Origin: Macrostomum lignano
Taxonomy: Eukaryota
NCBI GenBank assembly: GCA_002269645.1
Contig: NIVC01000467.1
Span: 248,001-312,000 of the forward strand
DNA length: 64,000 nt
Direction of reading: 5' to 3'
The notes under the pieces are model-generated. The model searched no databases. It saw nothing but the letters and a program-made list of their open reading frames with translations, and had not been told where the DNA came from. The translations under genes and the position numbers were made by a program. This document shows positions 24,826-37,600 of the stretch, piece by piece (the stretch's first letter is position 1; the number at the start of each line of letters is the position of its first letter).

Positions 24826-26107
24826 TAGAGTTAAAAACGGTTGCCAACCCCTAGATGAAACAACTGTTTATTTATAGTAGTATATAAATGTGTATAAATA
24901 TTTGTTACATGCATTTTGTTTATAAAGAAGTATAACTAACAAAAGTGCGGATTTCTCGCTTTTTGTTGTTTATTCAAAATGAGAAGATTTCTTAATAGGC
25001 AATAAACAAGCCGGCGTCTTTTAAAGGATTTCTTAAAAAATCCTGTAGTTAAAGGTCACCGTGTACTTTGTAAGTCCTACTAGCAGTCTGTCTGATTTTT
25101 TAAACGTATTCTAGTGATAAAATTTTACTGTCAAAGTTTGCTAATTACAGGTACATATCCTTTTATTTGACAGTTTAAAACGAGTTTTGTGTTTCTTTCT
25201 CTGATTTGTTATTTTTCACTCATTTTTTCGCGTCTTTGCTGATATATAGATATTTAGATCGACTAAAACTGTACCACAGTCGACAGGTTCTCTCTGTTTT
25301 GTAAATAAATAAAACTAACTAATACAATAATTTGAATATTTTTGACACTAACCAGTAAGTGACGTTTTAGCAATCGAAGTATTCATAAAAAAATGTTTAT
25401 ATTAATTATTCGTTTGTACATTGTATGTGCATTTTGTCATTTCTTTAAATTAGCACACGTACTATGAGGCGAATTCGTTATTGCAATTTTTAAGCAGTTT
25501 GTATTTTGTATTTTATAAATAAATTTTGTACTATGTTGTAGTATACATAATATTAAAACTTGATTTAAACACTATCATTATTATTGCTTAATAAGATTTT
25601 AAATCTGACGCACTCTAAGCACTCTGTCGCTGCTTACATACTGTCTTTATTTATAAATAGATATCGGAAACAAACATTACATTTGCGAATATTTTGTGCT
25701 TTTTAATGATTATTAATTGTTGCTAATTAAAACTCGTTTGATAAAAGTATAAATATAAATGGCCAGTATCTCTGGCATCCCAAGTCTGTTACTGTAATAC
25801 CTTAGATTAATTCTATAAAGAAGTTTACCGATAAGAAGGCGGAACCGCTTTGAATAAATTCTACATCGTACTTGTATTGCTGTTCTTTCTTTTTTGTGCT
25901 TTAAATGCGTTTCGCCTTCGTGCCTTATTATTTACCTATTTAGTTACTGTCGATAATAATAAGTAGTATAGACTGATCATTAAGAATTTTTCCAAGTTCG
26001 AGCATATAAAACCCGTAGGTTTCTACTTATAAGTAGGCGAAAAAGTCAGTTCACATCTGTTTTTTTCTTCTTTTTTGCATGCTAGCCGGAACTTTGGCGA
26101 GCAGAAT

Positions 26108-29100
26108 ATGTCTTACAAAAATGCTTTGATCGATCCTGATTTATTAAACGAAGCATCTCAAAGATCAGACAGCTCTTCTGACAGGAGCAGAGCTTCTTCT
26201 CCAGCATCAACTGGCGATAATATTGGCTGCATTCCTGAGGAACTTGAAGAGCAGTCTGATCGTGAACAAGTCCAAGAAGTCAAGGATGATAATGGAGTAA
26301 AGGATGAAGTCAAGGATGACGAAGTCAAAAATGGTGATGAACTCAATGATGAATTCAAGGATGACGAAGTCGAGGATGACGAAGTCGAGGATGACGAAGT
26401 CAAGGATGACGAAGTCAAGGATGACGAAGTCAAGGATGAAGAAGTCAAGGATGACGAAGTCAAGGATGATAAGGTCAAGGATGATGATGATGTCAAGTAT
26501 GACGAAGTCAAGGATGAAGAAACATCCGGTCAGGTTTACATTAAAGAGTCAAAACGTCCAGCCTCTGTGTCTAACGGATCCCGAACGGACATGGATTTAT
26601 TAAAAGCTATTTTGCATGACGATTCAATTAGCGACGATGTCATCCCAGAGGAAGCTGAAGATGAAGCGTCCGATGTTGACGATAATAATAATGAGCCTGG
26701 TGAACCAGAGCCTACTGTTAGTAGTTGTGCCAATCCAATTCAGGAGAATCCTAACGATGAATGCACTAATGAAAATCAGATTGTAGACGAAGTAGCAGCT
26801 GCAGATTGCGAATCTGTTGGTAAGGCTGAACTTGAGCAGTCTGTCAATGATTCAGAGCAACAGGTGACCGCCAATGAGCCCGAAACGTCTCCAGTTGAAC
26901 CTAAAGAGAAGAAGCGAAAAAAGAAGCAGTCATTGAAAAAGAAGAAAAAGCAACAGAAGCCGTTAGGTCCCGTGGCTCCTTGGTCTCGCGCTTCAATTAA
27001 TTCGTGTTCTAGGCCGCCGCAGCCACATCAACAACAGCAGCAGCAGCAGCCGCCATTGGCTAGCGATCGCTCAACTTCGGCGACAACAATCGGCTCTCTT
27101 GGCGGCGGCAGTCGCGGCTCACGCGCCCCGTCCATGTCAGCTAAACAGTTGCGCCAAAAGTATCGTCCAATCAGTAACGACGAAAAAATGGCGCAACGCC
27201 TGAGCGAGATTGACAGCTTACTAGCCAGAGACTATGCCAACGAGGCTCGATTGGCTTATCAACGCAGCGTAGCCGAATGCCGGCAGGCTTGGCAGAACTA
27301 CGCATCCACGGCTAGAATTATGGGTCACGTGACTGAGCAGAGTGAGCAGACGGAACAGAATCAGCTCGGTATTAGTAGCGGTCAGGCTCGACATCCTCGG
27401 GTAGAGTTTCACGACGGACGAGACAAAGAGTCGGCGACGTCTATAAAGAGAAGTCACCCACTGGGTGGTAGAGTTGCTCCAGAACTGGATAGTCAGAGTC
27501 AATCTCATCCGAGACCGCATCGACATCGACAAGCTACTAATGAGCGTCGTGATGTAGAAGCGCGAACTGTATTTCTAGAATCGGCGCAAGAAAAGCAAGA
27601 ATCTGAACAGGAGAATGAACTGCCTGAAGAGGTTATTGTTGTTTTATTTCTTTTCATTATCGGTTTGGATTCGAAAGACAAACTATCGCTACTACAATTC
27701 TTAAAAAAGTCGGATATAAAACGCCTAATGTTGAAATCCTTGCAATTTTCTTTTATCATAAGATTGAAATCGTACAATGCCAGCGAGTTGAAATTAGGAC
27801 AATTCAAAAGTATCTCGTGGCCGTAGATAGTGGTGCCGTAACCCAGTAAGTCTGGAGCGGCGCTCTAATGTGCCAGCGGCCCAGGCTCGATTCCAAGTGC
27901 AGTCACATTAATTTGGGACTGAATTGGAATCTCGGCTTGGCTCTGCTCGTGCAATTAACGCCCAGCTTGAGGGCCAACCCCCAAGGCATAATGAAGTGTA
28001 CATGCCTAACGATAAATAAAGTTAGGGCCGCTGTACACTCCTGTGTGAGTGTGTGCCTGTACGTATGACTGCGTACGTATCCGCGCGCTTGTGTGCCTGC
28101 TCAGGGGAGTCGGCGGAATGGGGGCAGTGATGCCTCTCACCGGTTGTGTGGCAATGTCGCTTAAAGTGCACCAGGGTGCACACAGCCCCTGACTGTTAAT
28201 AACTGAAACAAATCACAGAGCCTGATCTTCTTATAAATGGATTTTAAATAAAGGATGGAGTTTTCGAGGTTGTGATTTATAGATAGTTGTACTAGTTTTC
28301 TGAGTGAACTACGAGTAGTTCCTGCAACAATCAATCACTTCTTAAATTATAGTGTGTTGTTATTCATTCCGCACCTCAGGTGGTTCAAACGAATGAGGAG
28401 GAGCATTCGCAATCAGCTGAGCAAGATGCGCCCGAAGCAGATGAGAATGATCGAGAGCAAGACCAGCTGCAGCAGCAGCAACAACAACAATTACACGGAT
28501 ATCGAGTTGGCGCACCGCAGCGCATGGCTGGCCGATTTGGTTCCGATCATAAATTATCCGAATCTAATAATCCCGACGTGCGCGCTTGGTTGCGCGAGAA
28601 AAATCGCGCCGAACGTCGGCAACGTCGGGAGGCGCGCGAAGCGAAACGACGCGAAATTCAGGCTCGATTAGACGCGCAACAACGCCAAACTGAGCGCAAA
28701 GTAGACGCAGAGAAGGCGTTTCAATATTGGTCGAAAAAGAAGGCTAACACATTGGCTAAATCAACTGATAAGGATGGAATGTCTGCCAATAACAATAATA
28801 TTGCTGCATCTCAGCGACAGTCAACCGTGCAAGAGGTGAGATTTTGTGCTGACTGGAGTTAGTTTAATGCCGCCTGAAGTGTTTGAGTCGCCAGTTTATC
28901 TGGCGCCACCTCCTCTATCATGTAGTTTATCTGGCGCCACCTCCTCTATCATGTAGTTTATCTGGCGCCACCTCCTCTATCATGTAGTTTATCTGGCGCC
29001 ACCTCCTCTATCATGTAGTTTATCTGGCACCACCTCCTCTATCATGTAGTTTATCTGGCGCCACCTCCTCTATCATGTAGTTTATCTGGCGCCACCTCCT

Positions 29101-32100
29101 CTATCATGTAGTTTATCTGGCGCCACCTCCTCTATCATGTAGTTTATCTGGCGCCACCTCCTCTATCATGTAGTTTATCTGGCGCCACCTCCCCTATCAT
29201 GTAGTTTATCTGGCGCCACTTCCCCTATCATGTAGTTTATCTGGCGCCACCTCCTCTATCATGTAGTTTATCTGGCGCCACCTCCTCTATCATGTAGTTT
29301 ATCTGACGCCACTTCCCCTATCATGTAGTTTATCTGGCGCCACTTCCCCTATCATGTAGTTTATCTGGCGCCACTTCCCCTATCATGTAGTTTATCTGGC
29401 GCCACTTCCCCTATCATGTAGTTTATCTGGCGCCACTTCCCCTATCATGTAGTTTATCTGGTGCCACCTCTCCTATCATGTAGTTACCTGGCGCCACCTC
29501 CCCTATCATGTAGTTTATCTGGCGCCACCTCCCCTATCATGTAGTTTATCTGGCGCCACCTCCCCTATCATGTAGTTTATCTGGCGCCACCTCCCCTATC
29601 ATGTAGTTTATCTGGTGCCACTTCCTCTATCATGTAGTTTATCTGGCGCCACCTCCTCTATCATGTAGTTTATCTGGCGCCACCTCCTCTATCATGTAGT
29701 TTATCTGGCGCCACCTCCTCTATCATGTAGTTTATCTGGCGCCACCTCCCCTATCATGTAGTTTATCTGGCGCCACTTCCCCTATCATGTAGTTTATCTG
29801 GCGCCACCTCCTCTATCATGTAGTTTATCTGGCGCCACCTCCTCTATCATGTAGTTTATCTGACGCCACTCCCCTATCATGTAGTTTATCTGGCGCCACT
29901 CCCCTATCATGTAGTTTATCTGGCGCCACCTCCCCTATCATGTAGTTTATCTGGCGCCACTTCCCCTATCATGTAGTTTATCTGGCGCCACTCCCCTATC
30001 ATGTAGTTTATCTGGCGCCACCTCTCCTATCATGTAGTTTATCTGGCGCCACCTCCCCTATCATGTAGTTTATCTGGCGCCACCTCCCCTATCATGTAGT
30101 TTATCTGGCGCCACCTCCCCTATCATGTAGTTTATCTGGCGCCACCTCCCCTATCATGTAGTTTATCTGGCGCCACTTCCCCTATCATGTAGTTTATCTG
30201 GCGCCACCTCCCTATCATGTAGTTTATCTGGCGCCACCTCCCTATCATGTAGTTTATCTGACGCCACTTCCCCTATCATGTAGTTTATCTGGCGCCACTT
30301 CCCCTATCATGTAGTTTATCTGGTGCCACCTCTCCTATCATGTAGTTTACTGGCGCCACCTCCCCTATCATGTAGTTTATCTGGCGCCACCTCCCCTATC
30401 ATGTAGTTTATCTGGCGCCACCTCCCTATCATGTAGTTTATCTGGCGCCACCTCCCCTATCATGTAGTTTATCTGGCGCCACCTCCCCTATCATGTAGTT
30501 TATCTTGCGCCACCTCCCCTATCATGTAGTTTATCTGACGCCACTTCCCCTATCATGTAGTTTATCTGGCGCCACCTCCCCTATCATGTAGTTTATCTGG
30601 CGCCACTTCCCCTATCATGTAGTTTATCTGGCGCCACTTCCCCTATCATGTAGTTTATCTGGCGCCACTTCCCCTATCATGTAGTTTATCTGGCGCCACT
30701 CCCCTATCATGTAGTTTATCTGGTGCCACCTCTCCTATCATGTAGTTTATCTGGCGCCACCTCCCCTATCATGTAGTTTATCTGGCGCCACCTCCCCTAT
30801 CATGTAGTTTATCTGGCGCCACTTCCCCTATCATGTAGTTTATCTGGCGCCACCTCCCCTATCATGTAGTTTATCTGGCGCCACCTCCCCTATCATGTAG
30901 TTTATCTGGCGCCACCTCCCCTATCATGTAGTTTATCTGGCGCCACCTCCCCTATCATGTAGTTTATCTGGCGCCACCTCCCCTATCATATAGTTTATCT
31001 GGCGCCACCTCCCCTATCATGTAGTTTATCTGGCGCCACCTCCCCTATCATGTAGTTTATCTGGCGCCACCTCCCCTATCATATACGGTTCCTATGACAA
31101 AAGCGTTTTCGCCAACTCTCTGCAGCCGTTGCCACTATCGGATCAGGAGGCCGCATTCGCAGCCCTGGAGAATCGGCCCCGTCAGGGGGGTCACCGGCCC
31201 CCTGGCAGCGCCAAGCCGGTGCACAATTCCGTGTTTAAACGATCGCCAGCCATCTTGGGCACGGCTGGGGCCAGCTTCTCTGGCAGGCAGGTTCGAATGG
31301 GTATTATTGGACAGCCGCTTGTTAAATCAGAAACTGGTCCGCTTGTTCATCGCGGCGAACAGCTGGCTATTGAGCAGCAGCAGCAGTTTGAGGTGAGCAG
31401 CCAACCGTGTTGCGGCCGGCCACTCTGACATCGTCCCTTAACCAGCGTTGAGGCAATACTGTACGCAGGCACGCACTCATAGACACGCTCACACAGGGTG
31501 TACAGCGGCCCAGACTTTCTAATCGCGACGCATGTACACTCTGTGCCTTGGGGGTTGGCCTTCGTGGCTGTGAATTGCACGGCAACCCACCTGGCCAATT
31601 TCCCAATGAAGGCTGGGAATTCCCAATCATACATAGAGAAGATGGAAAATTCCCTATCTAACATTGGGAAGAGGGGAATTTCCAATCAAATATTGCAAAA
31701 AGGGCAATTCTCAATTGAACATCTTGAAGATGGGGAATTCCCAATCAAACATTGGGGAGATGCGGGATCCCAATCAAACTTTGGGAAGATGAGGGATTTC
31801 CAAACAAACTCTAGAAAGATAGGGAATTCCCAATAAAAAATTGAAAATATGGGGAATTCCCGATCAAACATTGGGGAGATGGGGAATTCGCAATCAAAAT
31901 TGGGGAGACGGGAAATTCCCAATCAAACTCTGGAAAGATGTGGAATTCCAATTAAACTCGGGAAAGATGGGGAATTCATAGTCAAGCATTGAGAAGAAGG
32001 GAATTCCCAATCAAACATCGGGAAGATGGGGAATTCCCAGTCAAACAGTTGTAAGAGGGGGGAATTCCGAATGAAGCATTCAGCTAGGAATTCGAAAAAA

Positions 32101-32569
32101 TCGCCTCAAACTTAAACAATTTCACAATAAACTCAAGGTCCGACTGAGCTTCGATGACTGGTCCCAGCGCAAATCTGAGCAATTGGCCGCCAGGCGCCGT
32201 CGGGAGCTCGATGCGGAGCGTCAACGTCGGGAAGCCGCCGCTGCGGCCGATCCGCAGATGTCCGCCCTGGTGCCCCAGCTGGCCCGTCGTAGAATTCAGA
32301 CGGCCACCGAGTTGAAGCAGCGTCGCACGGACACTGGACTGGGTTTGGCCCGGCCTCGCACTGCTGTACCAGCCCTAGCGGTGGCGCCATCCACGGCGCC
32401 GAACTTTTCGTCAGCTCGCGCATCGTCAGCTCGGACTCGAACTCGGACAAGCTCGCAGGAGCGTCGTGAAGCCAGCATCACTAGCGATCTGCCGAATCCG
32501 TTTGTGTCGCCGGCCGAGGACGCTATGTTGGAGCGAATTTTGGCGCCGAATGGAAACGGCGCCGTGTGA
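26108..32569 (+). CDS. Uncharacterised acidic/coiled-coil protein, CCDC181/CCDC34-like (tentative)
   Basis: Exons 26108-27631, 28380-28835, 31126-31392, 32138-32569, all phase 0 GT-AG. W-K motifs VRAWLREK, AEKAFQYWSKKK, LSFDDWSQRK; DDEVK repeats. Confidence 0.7.
27832..28191 (+). mobile_element. tRNA-derived SINE, copy 2 (intronic)
   Basis: CCCAGGCTCGATTCC B-box-like; body collinear with the reverse complement of about 12990-13332. Confidence 0.7.
28893..31083. repeat. 31-bp minisatellite filling a 2.3-kb intron
   Basis: GTAGTTTATCTGGCGCCACCTCCCCTATCAT units. Confidence 0.95.
31440..31600 (-). mobile_element. Partial copy of the same SINE
   Basis: GTACAGCGGCCC...CATGTACAC..TGTGCCTTGGGGGTTGGC shared with copies 1 and 2. 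Confidence 0.6.
31600..32090. repeat. Degenerate ~30-bp minisatellite
   Basis: GGGAATTCCCAATCAAACATTGGGAAGAT-like units. Confidence 0.8.
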
Positions 32570-34645
32570 TAAATTTTAAATCCGAACATTTTTGTTTCGT
32601 TTTCTTTTGACCGGAGCGGAGCTCGTGTTTTTTTAGTATGACATTTGATCTGCTATCCTTTGAACCTACTGTTACAAACGATTTTTTCGATACATATCAG
32701 CGTCTTCTACTAATAGTAATATCATACAGTAGTGAGCAGCGGACTGCTGTAGCTAACAAACTTGATCCCGAATAAAACATTATTTTGTCTGATGCAGCTA
32801 AAATTACTTTTCAAAATATGTAAAAAAAATTTTTAATGAAAGTTAGCTACTTATAGTAGGAATGAAACTTGTGCCTTAATTATTTTCTGTCTTATTATGT
32901 GATATTATTATAAGTTTCCTTTTTCTCTATTTTTATTGTCAATCCGTCCATGCGAATTATTCGATCGTATTTTCAACCAAAGTTTCTATCATTCTATTAA
33001 CTGCACAATTTTTACACAAAATGTTTTATTGACCTTTTTTTCTTATTTATTATTCCATAATCGAAGTCGTGATGAATGTTATTATCTACAAATACAAGTA
33101 ATGACTTGCATTAACTGACTTTGGTAAGAATATCTGTTTTATTAAATACTTAAACTGTCTAATAGCTCCATATGGAGCGAATTATATCAAATTGAGTTTC
33201 AGTTCCTCTAAATCTAAAATAATTTTCATGTGTTCAGACAGCAAATCCTGTTGTATATTCTGGCACGAATGATTTCAGTTGGCGTTTTTTTGTTTCACAT
33301 TCGCTTTCAAGTGCCGTGTCTTTGCGATTAAATTACGGAAATTAAAATTGAATTTTGTGTCAGGGAAATTTTGTGTGTATGTACATGATGGACGCGGACA
33401 TGTACGTACGAGTATACTGGCTTACAAATCCGACTTTAGAAACAGCAAAACCTTTCGACTTAAAAAATTTAGACTTACTTTCTATATACAATTTGAATTG
33501 TGCATCAATGGGTCTTTAAATAAGAACCGAATTCTTTGCTGTTACATGTTGTAATGAAGTTAAATTATAGAAGTTACATGATTTACATGTAAACTTTACG
33601 TCGGTCCAATTCAAGTACGCTAAGACATTATATATCATACTTCCAATTACTTGATTGGGTTTATAGCGAGTTTAAATATAGAGGCGTGAAGGCGTTGGTT
33701 CGTTTAAAGATGTTCGTTTAAGAGCACTAAGTAAGAGGAGCAAAGCCAAAGGAGGAAAAGCGACTTGATTTCTAGTTGAGTGCCTAGCGTATATATATAT
33801 ATATAGCTTGTTTTGCGGAACATGTAGAATTCTGGTAGCATGTGCGCGGGAGTTAAACTTGGCTAATATAAAAGTGCTATTTACGCGGAAGTTTCTTGAA
33901 TGACATTGTTTATACTTAAGCGATACTTTGCATACTAAATGCAAAGGTCACCAGAAGGTGACTACAGATTAAATATATAGCTTACACTTGTACATGTAAG
34001 TCGGCAATTTAATCGCCAAATCATGCACGTAAAATGCTCTGTAAACAAAGACGTCTACAAACACGTCTTTACGCCCGACAGATGCTCAAATACGCATATA
34101 ATTACAAAAACACTAATCGCGAAAATTTACGGGGGGAAGCAATCAAGCTAGTCGGTCTGAAATCGGATAACGGCTTCTATCATGGAAAGATGACAGATAA
34201 CACATATTAAGTTACTATTTATCAAACGTTACTCCATGCTGCTATAAAATAAAAATAAAAATATTGTTTTTACCATAAAAACGATTTAATATTCTGTTTT
34301 AAGCTATTTACAGCTAACGAACTTGTTTAAATAAATAAGCATGTTGTTCTATTTTTAAAGTAAATATTTCCTGTAAAGGATCAGTTCCTTAAATTATGCC
34401 TAAACCAAAACCAGCAAAACGAACCCTGAATTCTGATAGAACTTTACAGACTGGCTGCCAAATTCTCCATAAGTTAATGTTAAGACTTCTGCCTTTTCTT
34501 ATTATATTTTAAGAAAACTTAATTGAATCAATTAAAAACTTTAGACGAATACGAAAAAACTTGAATACTTCTGTTCCAAACAACAGCAGCGGCAGCGCTT
34601 GAGTGTTCAAATTAACACCATTAAGCTCGAAACTTAGTGGTCGTC

Positions 34646-37600
34646 ATGTCAAAAGACATTATAAGGGATATCTGTGTAAATGATCCTGACAAACCTCTTT
34701 CTATCACTCCAAAGGGGCAGACAGGCGAACTTGTTGTTCTTCACAAAGCAAAGCCAGATGCTGCTGCTTCTACTCTACAATGCCAGTACGTCAAGCTGAA
34801 TGTTGGAGGTTATAAGTATTATACCTCAGTCGCCACTTTGCTGAAACAAGAAAGCATGCTTAGTGCAATGTTTAGTGGCCGAATGAATATCTTCACTGAT
34901 TCTGAAGGTAAGAAAAGTATAGGCCCTATGCCTATGGCTAGGATGTTTCTAAATGAGTGTATCACATTTTTTTATTAAAATAATGAATAATTTTGCTTTA
35001 TTCAATTATTGGATTAAACTTATTAAAGTGAAGCAAAATAAGTTCAATATAGAAAATAATATTATCAAAAAACTTCCAATACTAATGTAACTTTAAGTGT
35101 TATAATCATCTAAATTGTACATTTATGAGAGATAAATTATAGGGTTAATGTAACTAACTACTAGGCCTATTATATAAATTTATTTGTAAGATGGTTCTTT
35201 GGTCTTGGACCTATGTCTAATCTATAAAAAATTATTCAAACAATTTGTAAAATTATCATTATATAACCTTATTATTAAAAAGTATTAAGTCAAGACAAGT
35301 AATTTATAATTTAAGTATATAAATTTATCCATTCATTGCCTTGTATTAGGCTTACTTTTGCTTTTGCTTTGGCATTTATTTTACATTTTCTAATCTAGTA
35401 AATAGTATTTATATTTTGGTTTAGCCATAGATTACTAGGCCCTATTCTAAATCTTTTTTCTTTGGGTAGGTTTAATAAGTGTCTAATTAATTTATCTGCT
35501 ACAAATTTATCTGCCTCCTATTTGGCTTTAAAATAGCTAAGTGAGCATTTTTTACTTTGTTTACCTTTCAGTTTCTATTTGCAAACAAAATTAACTGAAA
35601 AAAGAAGAAAGTAATACACTTATTTATGAAAATCTAATAAGTTAGGCCTATTTATTGCTAATTATATACAAATATAGTTATGGTCAAATTAGGCCTACTT
35701 TTATTATTAATATAGTTTTAAGCCTATCCTAGCAACTTTCAATGCTAATATTAATATTGCTTTGAGTTTGAAAACAGTAAAGTGAAATAAGTATTTAAAT
35801 AATATATATATGCAAAAATAATTGAAGGCCCTATATGCTATAAGCCTATAAGGCAATGCTTGTTATATTTATGCAAAGTAGAATTGAATTATATATAATG
35901 TATGTATTGCTTTATATACATAGAAAAAAAGCAAATATGGATAAATAATAAGAAAGTTAAATAATTATAAGACTTAATATATAAGGGCCTTATAGCCTAA
36001 TCATGGTACTTGGTCGTCATACTAGTTTGGATAAGCATAGGCCATTTTAATTTACCTTTTTAGTAAATAGATATATAATTATAGATTCTTACTAGCAATC
36101 AGCACCTCCCATTGGGGAGCCAATTCTAGGCCTAGCTTATTATAATTCATGGCTAGGGCCTATAGTTCTTGTTTTGCATTTAATAAATATCTGAAACTTA
36201 GGTTCTAAAGTTATAAGTTGTTAATCAAAGTAAAGAAGTTTTCTTTGTCTATGATTCTTCATCAAATATTTATAAACTATTTTTATAATTTCCTTATACT
36301 TGGTAAAGCAAAAAATCTAAAAGGCTTTATTTCTCATTTTGTTGGAATATCCTATTCTATTTCTAAGCTAAAGGTTTGTTCAAATACTCCTTCATTTTTT
36401 TAATGTAAGAGCTATCATTTAATACTAGCATTTTTATTTTTTGAATAAAAAATGGATTTTAGATTAGAATAATAATATATTTTTAATATATGTTTTACTA
36501 TTTCTAAACTCAATTAGTAGTTCAGTATCAATAATAAAAAAATTGAATCATATGAAAAATTTCTTGTCATTTGTAAACTTTTCATAACTAATTTAGTTTT
36601 TTAAAACAATCCTTTTGTATTGAACCTACCCAAATATTAATTGAAAGTAAACTGCTAAGTTTTTTATATTTTTGGTGTCAATTACTTTATTGCTAACATA
36701 CATGCACAACCTTAGGAATCATGTGGTTTTTTTCTATTGGCAACACACATGTAAGTCACTATTGGCCGAGAGCAGTCACATGACTAGTATTCTGACTAAT
36801 AGCAACTTACATGTGTGTGATTGCTAATAGAAATGGCCAGGTGAATCTCTAGGTTATGCCCAAGCATGATTGCTAAAAACAATAGTAATCTTATTAAAAT
36901 AGGAATTCTTTTACCATTTTTGTTGTTTGCATTTGGAAAGATTAGCAATCCATTTTGTTGCTTCAGAATCCATGGGATAGCAATCCATTCTTTTCTTTTA
37001 CATGTAATTTTTAACTGCATATAGTTAGCAGAATACTATTAAATCAGTAATTATTTATATATATATATAGATATATAAGCACTGGGTTTTTGGGTTTTTG
37101 AAGCTAAAGGCTTGTAATTGAGTTGAGTGTGTAGAAAAATGTAGAGCCAGATCATAAAACTGGGCTCTTTACAAGACACGCTTATTTACCCTAGGACTAA
37201 AGAAAGGGTGGTTGACCTGATTGCACAGACCCCACCATGCTAGCCACGCGTGAAATGCAAACAAACAACTTGGTACAGTGAACATGCACTGAAACACACT
37301 AGCCAATCAGTGCACTCACAAATACTAACTAAGAATGCACTAAGAATAATAACTAGGAATATACTAGCATAACACCACAATGTCACATGGGCAATATAGG
37401 ATTTTTTGGCCCCTTGAAAATCTTATTTGCAACTGGATTTTGGCATCAGAGGCCAATCTGGCAACTTTATTTTCCCTGTGCCAGTTGCCAATTTTAAAAA
37501 AATGATTTTGTAAATGTAATAAAAGTGCCATATAAATCGATATGATGGAATTGTTAGTTTGTTATTGTTTGCAGCATAGATAGCAATCTTAGACTTAGAG

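Noticed and set aside
27632-27826. Hydrophobic C-terminal tail of ORF 26075-27826
   Set aside because: Read-through into the intron after the donor at 27631; likewise 38369-38729 (IIRPLGSAS) and 55935-56354
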